Positions 33,235-37,436 of a stretch of DNA of 37,436 nucleotides are shown here, one piece after another (position 1 is the stretch's first letter; every line of letters starts with the position of its first letter). Source of the stretch: a virus (lineage: Duplodnaviria; Caudoviricetes); the IMG/VR virus record IMGVR_UViG_3300020045_005078, positions 1 through 37,436 of that record; one strand, written 5' to 3'. The position numbers were made by a program, and so were the translations under genes. The notes under the pieces were generated by a model. That model was given only the letters and a program-made list of their open reading frames with translations. It was not told where the DNA came from and searched no databases.

Positions 33235-35940
33235 TTAATCCAAAAGCCGCTTAACTTCTTTCCGCAATTCGCGGTTTTTTGCAAATTTGAATACTTCTTT
33301 CAAGACAATAGACTTGCCGCCTGTTGCCGCGCCACCAATCAAATCAAACATATTGCCAAGGGCAGCGCTAGTGCCAGATGAATTGACAGAACCAACCGGA
33401 GCCGTTGCAGCATCATTGACTACCTCGCTCATGGTGCGCAATAGCTTGGCGGTATTAAAGTCGAAAACATAATCCAGCTTGCCAGACTTATCCAACTGCT
33501 CAATTGCTTTTTGCAGACCAGCGGGCGAAACCACAAGTTTCCCGCTTTCATCGCTTTGGCGAGTAAGGGCCTTGTCGCGGATGTTCTCAATAGTCGCGCC
33601 CTGCAATTCCTGCCAAGCGCGTTGGCCGCGAGTGCTGGCCTGATCCAAAACGCCCTTAAGCGCCTTAATGTCCGCAAGCGATGTTGCAGGGGAATAGATC
33701 GCCTTTTCAGCTACCTTTTCCAAAGCCACAGCGCGGTCAACGGTGCCGGGCTTTGTGCCGATCAGGCTTTTGACCAGAGCTGTATTCTCGAACGTGTCGG
33801 CATACTTCATGCGGGCAGCGCGAGCTTGCTGGTAAAGGTCGCCGCCCTTGCCTTCCGTGGCACTATCAATCAGGCCCTTTAGATCGCGCCCAAAAGTTTC
33901 ATCAGGCGTTCCGGGCTTGGCCACCTTGTTAATCAGCTTGCGGATATTCTCCATCGCATTGATGGGGATTTGGCCGGTGCCATCAGGATCATTCTTGCGA
34001 AGCTGGTTTGCCACCGCGTCAAGGACGGGTGCCAGCTTTTCGCGGGTGGTTACGTCCTGATCCTCAATAAACGCTTTCACATTGCCATAGGGCACAGGCT
34101 CAGACGTTTCACCGGCCTTTTCGGCGCGCTTGTAAAGGATGCGGGTGCGGGTTTTCTGGACGTTAGCCAGCTTTCGCAAAGCTTCATCAACTACAGCGCC
34201 CTTGCCAAGCAAGTCGCCCTCAATTTCTGAGCCAGTGCTATCGATAAACCGGTCAAAGTTCTGCCGGAAAGCCTCTTGCTGCTGCGCAAGGCGTTCACGG
34301 ATAGGCCCACCTACCTCGTTATTCTTGGCAAGTTCGCGGGCTTTCTGCTGATCTGCGAAAAGGCGCGTCCGCTGGAACTTAGCCAATTCCACAGGCACAG
34401 GCAACTCAGCCGCCCGCGTTGCGCGGATGGTCTCAATATTCGTTCCCGATGCGCCGCCATCGTTAAAGCGAGTGCGGGTAGGAATAAATGTGTCATCAAC
34501 CGCGCCAAGATCAGGAGCGCCGCCGCTGGGGGTTACTCCGCCAGAACCACCGCCCGATGGCATGTCAGGCCCACCAGAAGGTGGAATGCCACCGCTAGGC
34601 GGCACATCCATGCCAAGCATATTCTTGGCGGTAGGCAGCAGCTTCCTAGCGCCAGCGCCCAAAGCCTGCCCACCTACCGAGCCTAGAGCGCTTGTCAAAA
34701 CGCTTTCCGTTAGGTTATTGCCGGTGTTAATGGCGGTTAATCCACCGGCTGCAACGTCCTGCGCAACCTCGCGCCCTACAGTGCCAGCAATGCCGCCACC
34801 CATAAGGCTAGGAGCAATCTTGCCAGCAACAGCCGCGCCAGCTTTGCCAACGCCAGCCGCGCCAATGCCACCGCCGATCACCTCGCCAATTGCACCAGCG
34901 TTGGGATTAAGCGCCTCTAGGCCCTTAACCTGATCGCCAGCAGCCAATGACAGCGCGCCAAGGCCAGCGGCGTTTACAGCGCCAGTTACGGCAGTCCCCA
35001 CAGGCGTCATAAGCGCTTGGCCGACAGCCTGCGATATAGGATTGCGGACGCCGGTCTGCGAAGGCACGAAGTTTACCTGTCGCCCCTTGGCGCGCGCATC
35101 TACAGCGGCTTTGAACTTGGCAACATCATCAGGCCCCACCATCCCGCCAGCCTCTTGCGCTGCGCGAGTAAGGTCTTCGACAGTACCGCCCTTCGCGAAC
35201 ACATCACTTACCGCCGCAGCAATGGCTTTATCCGTGTCGGTGGAATAGCGCTCACCGCCAGAGATTTGCATTTGCTGCGCATCGGCACCTTGCGGGAACA
35301 AGGTTTTCCATGTCTTTTCGATATTGGCGACATATGGGGAATCCACGCGCGAGCCAACAACTAGCTTGGGATCAACCCCATAGCTTTGAGCCATACCCTC
35401 ATAATCGCCGCGCACCCGATCATATGACTGGCGGTAACTATCGGATAGATTTTTCATTTCCTGCAAAACGCGGTTGCGAACTTCGGGCCGGATTAGGCCA
35501 GCTTCATCAACGCCAAATTCCTTTTGGGCCTTTGCCACCAGCGACCCAAGGCGGCTATCACCCGCAGCAACAGTGTTAAATTCTTGCTCACGAACAACAG
35601 AGCCGGGATCAAGCATTTTGGCATAGGCGGTGATTAGCGCCTGATCGCCCGTAGGCGTAGGCTTAGCGCCAAGCGCAGAATTGAACTGGCGCATAACCAC
35701 TTCATAATTCTTGGCCTCTTCAGACTTGCGAAATTCATCACGCAGGTTTTTTGCGTTATCAAACTGCTCAGAGCGCCCTTGCCGCGCTTCGCTGGAAAGG
35801 CTGATATCCTGCGATACGCCTGCGCGCTCTTCTGCCGCAGCTTTCATGGGATCGCGGATAACCACTCCCTGCGAGGGCTTTGCGGCTTGGGTCGGTGCGC
35901 CGTATTCTTCCCAAGGGTTCTGTGCCATATTAACCGCCAA
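33235..35940 (-). CDS. DNA ejection protein, P22 gp16 position
   Basis: 901 aa helical; KMLDPGSVVRE; G/A-rich hydrophobic middle; third of the ejection trio. Confidence 0.7.
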   Translation of the reverse strand: MAVNMAQNPWEEYGAPTQAAKPSQGVVIRDPMKAAAEERAGVSQDISLSSEARQGRSEQFDNAKNLRDEFRKSEEAKNYEVVMRQFNSALGAKPTPTGDQALITAYAKMLDPGSVVREQEFNTVAAGDSRLGSLVAKAQKEFGVDEAGLIRPEVRNRVLQEMKNLSDSYRQSYDRVRGDYEGMAQSYGVDPKLVVGSRVDSPYVANIEKTWKTLFPQGADAQQMQISGGERYSTDTDKAIAAAVSDVFAKGGTVEDLTRAAQEAGGMVGPDDVAKFKAAVDARAKGRQVNFVPSQTGVRNPISQAVGQALMTPVGTAVTGAVNAAGLGALSLAAGDQVKGLEALNPNAGAIGEVIGGGIGAAGVGKAGAAVAGKIAPSLMGGGIAGTVGREVAQDVAAGGLTAINTGNNLTESVLTSALGSVGGQALGAGARKLLPTAKNMLGMDVPPSGGIPPSGGPDMPSGGGSGGVTPSGGAPDLGAVDDTFIPTRTRFNDGGASGTNIETIRATRAAELPVPVELAKFQRTRLFADQQKARELAKNNEVGGPIRERLAQQQEAFRQNFDRFIDSTGSEIEGDLLGKGAVVDEALRKLANVQKTRTRILYKRAEKAGETSEPVPYGNVKAFIEDQDVTTREKLAPVLDAVANQLRKNDPDGTGQIPINAMENIRKLINKVAKPGTPDETFGRDLKGLIDSATEGKGGDLYQQARAARMKYADTFENTALVKSLIGTKPGTVDRAVALEKVAEKAIYSPATSLADIKALKGVLDQASTRGQRAWQELQGATIENIRDKALTRQSDESGKLVVSPAGLQKAIEQLDKSGKLDYVFDFNTAKLLRTMSEVVNDAATAPVGSVNSSGTSAALGNMFDLIGGAATGGKSIVLKEVFKFAKNRELRKEVKRLLD

Positions 35941-36892
35941 TCACTTTGATGTTATTCCGCTGCATCCACGCATCAGTTTGAGCCTTGCCTTTAGCCTGCA
36001 CAACAGCGTCATATTGTGCGCGGGTCAGTTCCGTAGGCATCCCATTATCGCCGACTTGCGGAGCGGGGGTGTTTTGCATTTTATCAGCCTTCGCCCAATT
36101 GTCCTTATTGGCTGGGTCGCCTCCGGTGAACACATAGCCATTGCGCACCTCACCGATGCGGGGAAGTGGCTTAGGAGTAGCTGTAGCGCCTTGCTGCCCA
36201 CCACCATAACGGGTGTAATAGTCAGACTGGCGACCAACAAAGCGCCCACCATCCGGCGTATCCATCTCGACAATCGGGTCGGTTTTCAGCGCCACATATT
36301 CCGCAGCCTTGGCCTTACCCTCTGGGCCTTCAGGATCAATGCCAGCCGCCGCCAAATCTTTTTGGAAGCTAGTCATGCCCGCGCCGCCAAACACCGTCTC
36401 ATAAAGCTTAGGATTGGCCGCAGCTAGTTTCAAAGCAAACAGTTGCCGCGCCGCCTTGGGATCTGTCTTGGCTGTCTGCACGATAGCCTTGGCTGCTTCC
36501 GCCTGCTTTTCCATACCCCGCGTATTGCCGAACGATGTAGCGCGTTGATCCATCAGGGAAATCGCATCATCATTCTTGCCATTCGACAAGAGCGATAACG
36601 TCCGCGCAGTAAAGTCTAGATCATCAGCCGCGGCCGCTTCATCTAGTGGCTTGCGCGCCGCTTCAAACTGCTCCTTATAGGCCGGATAGGCCATATAGAA
36701 GCGCGAGATATTTTCAGGCGTTGGATTGTCGTAAACCATTCGCATAGCCTGCTGCGCTTGCAATGCCTGTTGCTGCTTTAGCTGCGCCTCGCGCTGCGCC
36801 TGCTGTTGCGCGGCAATCTGCTGCCCGAACAAATAGGAGCGCTCAAAAGCCGCTTGGGGGCTGGCGATCATGTAGTTGTTAGGGTCTGCCAT
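35930..36892 (-). CDS. DNA ejection protein, P22 gp20 position
   Basis: Gln/Ala-rich helical; GYVFTGGDPANKDNW; follows the gp7-like gene. Confidence 0.7.
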   Translation of the reverse strand: MADPNNYMIASPQAAFERSYLFGQQIAAQQQAQREAQLKQQQALQAQQAMRMVYDNPTPENISRFYMAYPAYKEQFEAARKPLDEAAAADDLDFTARTLSLLSNGKNDDAISLMDQRATSFGNTRGMEKQAEAAKAIVQTAKTDPKAARQLFALKLAAANPKLYETVFGGAGMTSFQKDLAAAGIDPEGPEGKAKAAEYVALKTDPIVEMDTPDGGRFVGRQSDYYTRYGGGQQGATATPKPLPRIGEVRNGYVFTGGDPANKDNWAKADKMQNTPAPQVGDNGMPTELTRAQYDAVVQAKGKAQTDAWMQRNNIKVIGG

Positions 36893-37436
36893 TAGAACAA
36901 CTTCCCTAGTGCAGCCTGACCAGCCGTAGATGTTGCATATCCGGTAATGCTGCCAAGGGCATTGTTAATGGCGTTACCAGTCGCCAAAGCGCTGCCAGCC
37001 TGCGCTTGCCCCGCCTGCGTGTAAGCGTTGCTGATGTTGCTAGCGGCGGTCATACCTGCGTTGCCCACGCCTGCCGCTGCATTCTGCCCGATAGACGTAA
37101 GCCCGCTCAAATTGGAAAATTGCTGCTGAATTTGCTGGTTGAGCAATGCAGGCCGGAACTGCGCCAAAGCCCCCTGCGTATTGCCGCCACGCAAGCCACC
37201 AGTAGCGCTGGCGTTTTGCAAAATAGCATTTTCGCCTTGCGCAGCCAAAGCTTGAAACATAGGGCTTTGCTCAAATTGCGAAATGGCAGTCTGCTGAGCC
37301 TGTGCTCCAGTGACTGCATCCTGCCCGCCAGTGGTCGAGACTTGCCGCCCCTCGTTCTGGCCGTAGTTCTGGTAATGCCATTGCGCATAAGCCTCAGGCG
37401 TTCCGAATTGCTGCTGGATATTGGGGTCAGAACTAA
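36892..37436 (-). CDS. P22 gp7-like DNA ejection protein, 5' end truncated
   Basis: Frame stays open from 37260 to the right edge; NASATGGLRGGNTQ and G/A/Q-rich tail. Confidence 0.8.
   Translation of the reverse strand, partial: SSDPNIQQQFGTPEAYAQWHYQNYGQNEGRQVSTTGGQDAVTGAQAQQTAISQFEQSPMFQALAAQGENAILQNASATGGLRGGNTQGALAQFRPALLNQQIQQQFSNLSGLTSIGQNAAAGVGNAGMTAASNISNAYTQAGQAQAGSALATGNAINNALGSITGYATSTAGQAALGKLF

Noticed and set aside
1-37436. Genome-wide stop-codon reassignment; tRNA genes
   Set aside because: Core genes are intact in the standard code and end in TAA, TAG and TGA; no cloverleaf was seen in the few intergenic gaps.

Overview
Nearly complete, circularly permuted genome of a P22-like podophage of about 37.4 kb. 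The host is probably alphaproteobacterial and possibly Sphingomonadales (inference). The minus-strand late module runs terS, terL, portal, scaffold, P22-type coat, gp4, gp10, needle and a 111-aa virion gene. It is cut by the left edge and resumes at the right edge with gp7/gp20/gp16-like ejection proteins, an SGNH-esterase tailspike and a lysis cassette (M15 endolysin, two holin candidates, Rz with embedded Rz1). The middle holds replication genes (DUF1376, SF2 helicase, Toprim primase, RusA), recombination genes (ERF, SSB, NinB, MazG-like), two divergent Cro-type switches and a long array of small coupled early genes. No integrase or cI-type repressor is recognisable. The main finding is absent from the supplied ORF track: an edge-truncated gene (<1..721, minus) at the P22 gp14 slot encoding a His-rich cupin-like domain fused to a SET (lysine methyltransferase) domain, with its own promoter. 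Other leads are a Lys-rich 56-aa peptide, a promoter/terminator-bounded candidate sRNA, an ori-like repeat cluster in DUF1376, and cassette-like direct repeats in the early array. All calls come from reading motifs by eye; no searches were run.
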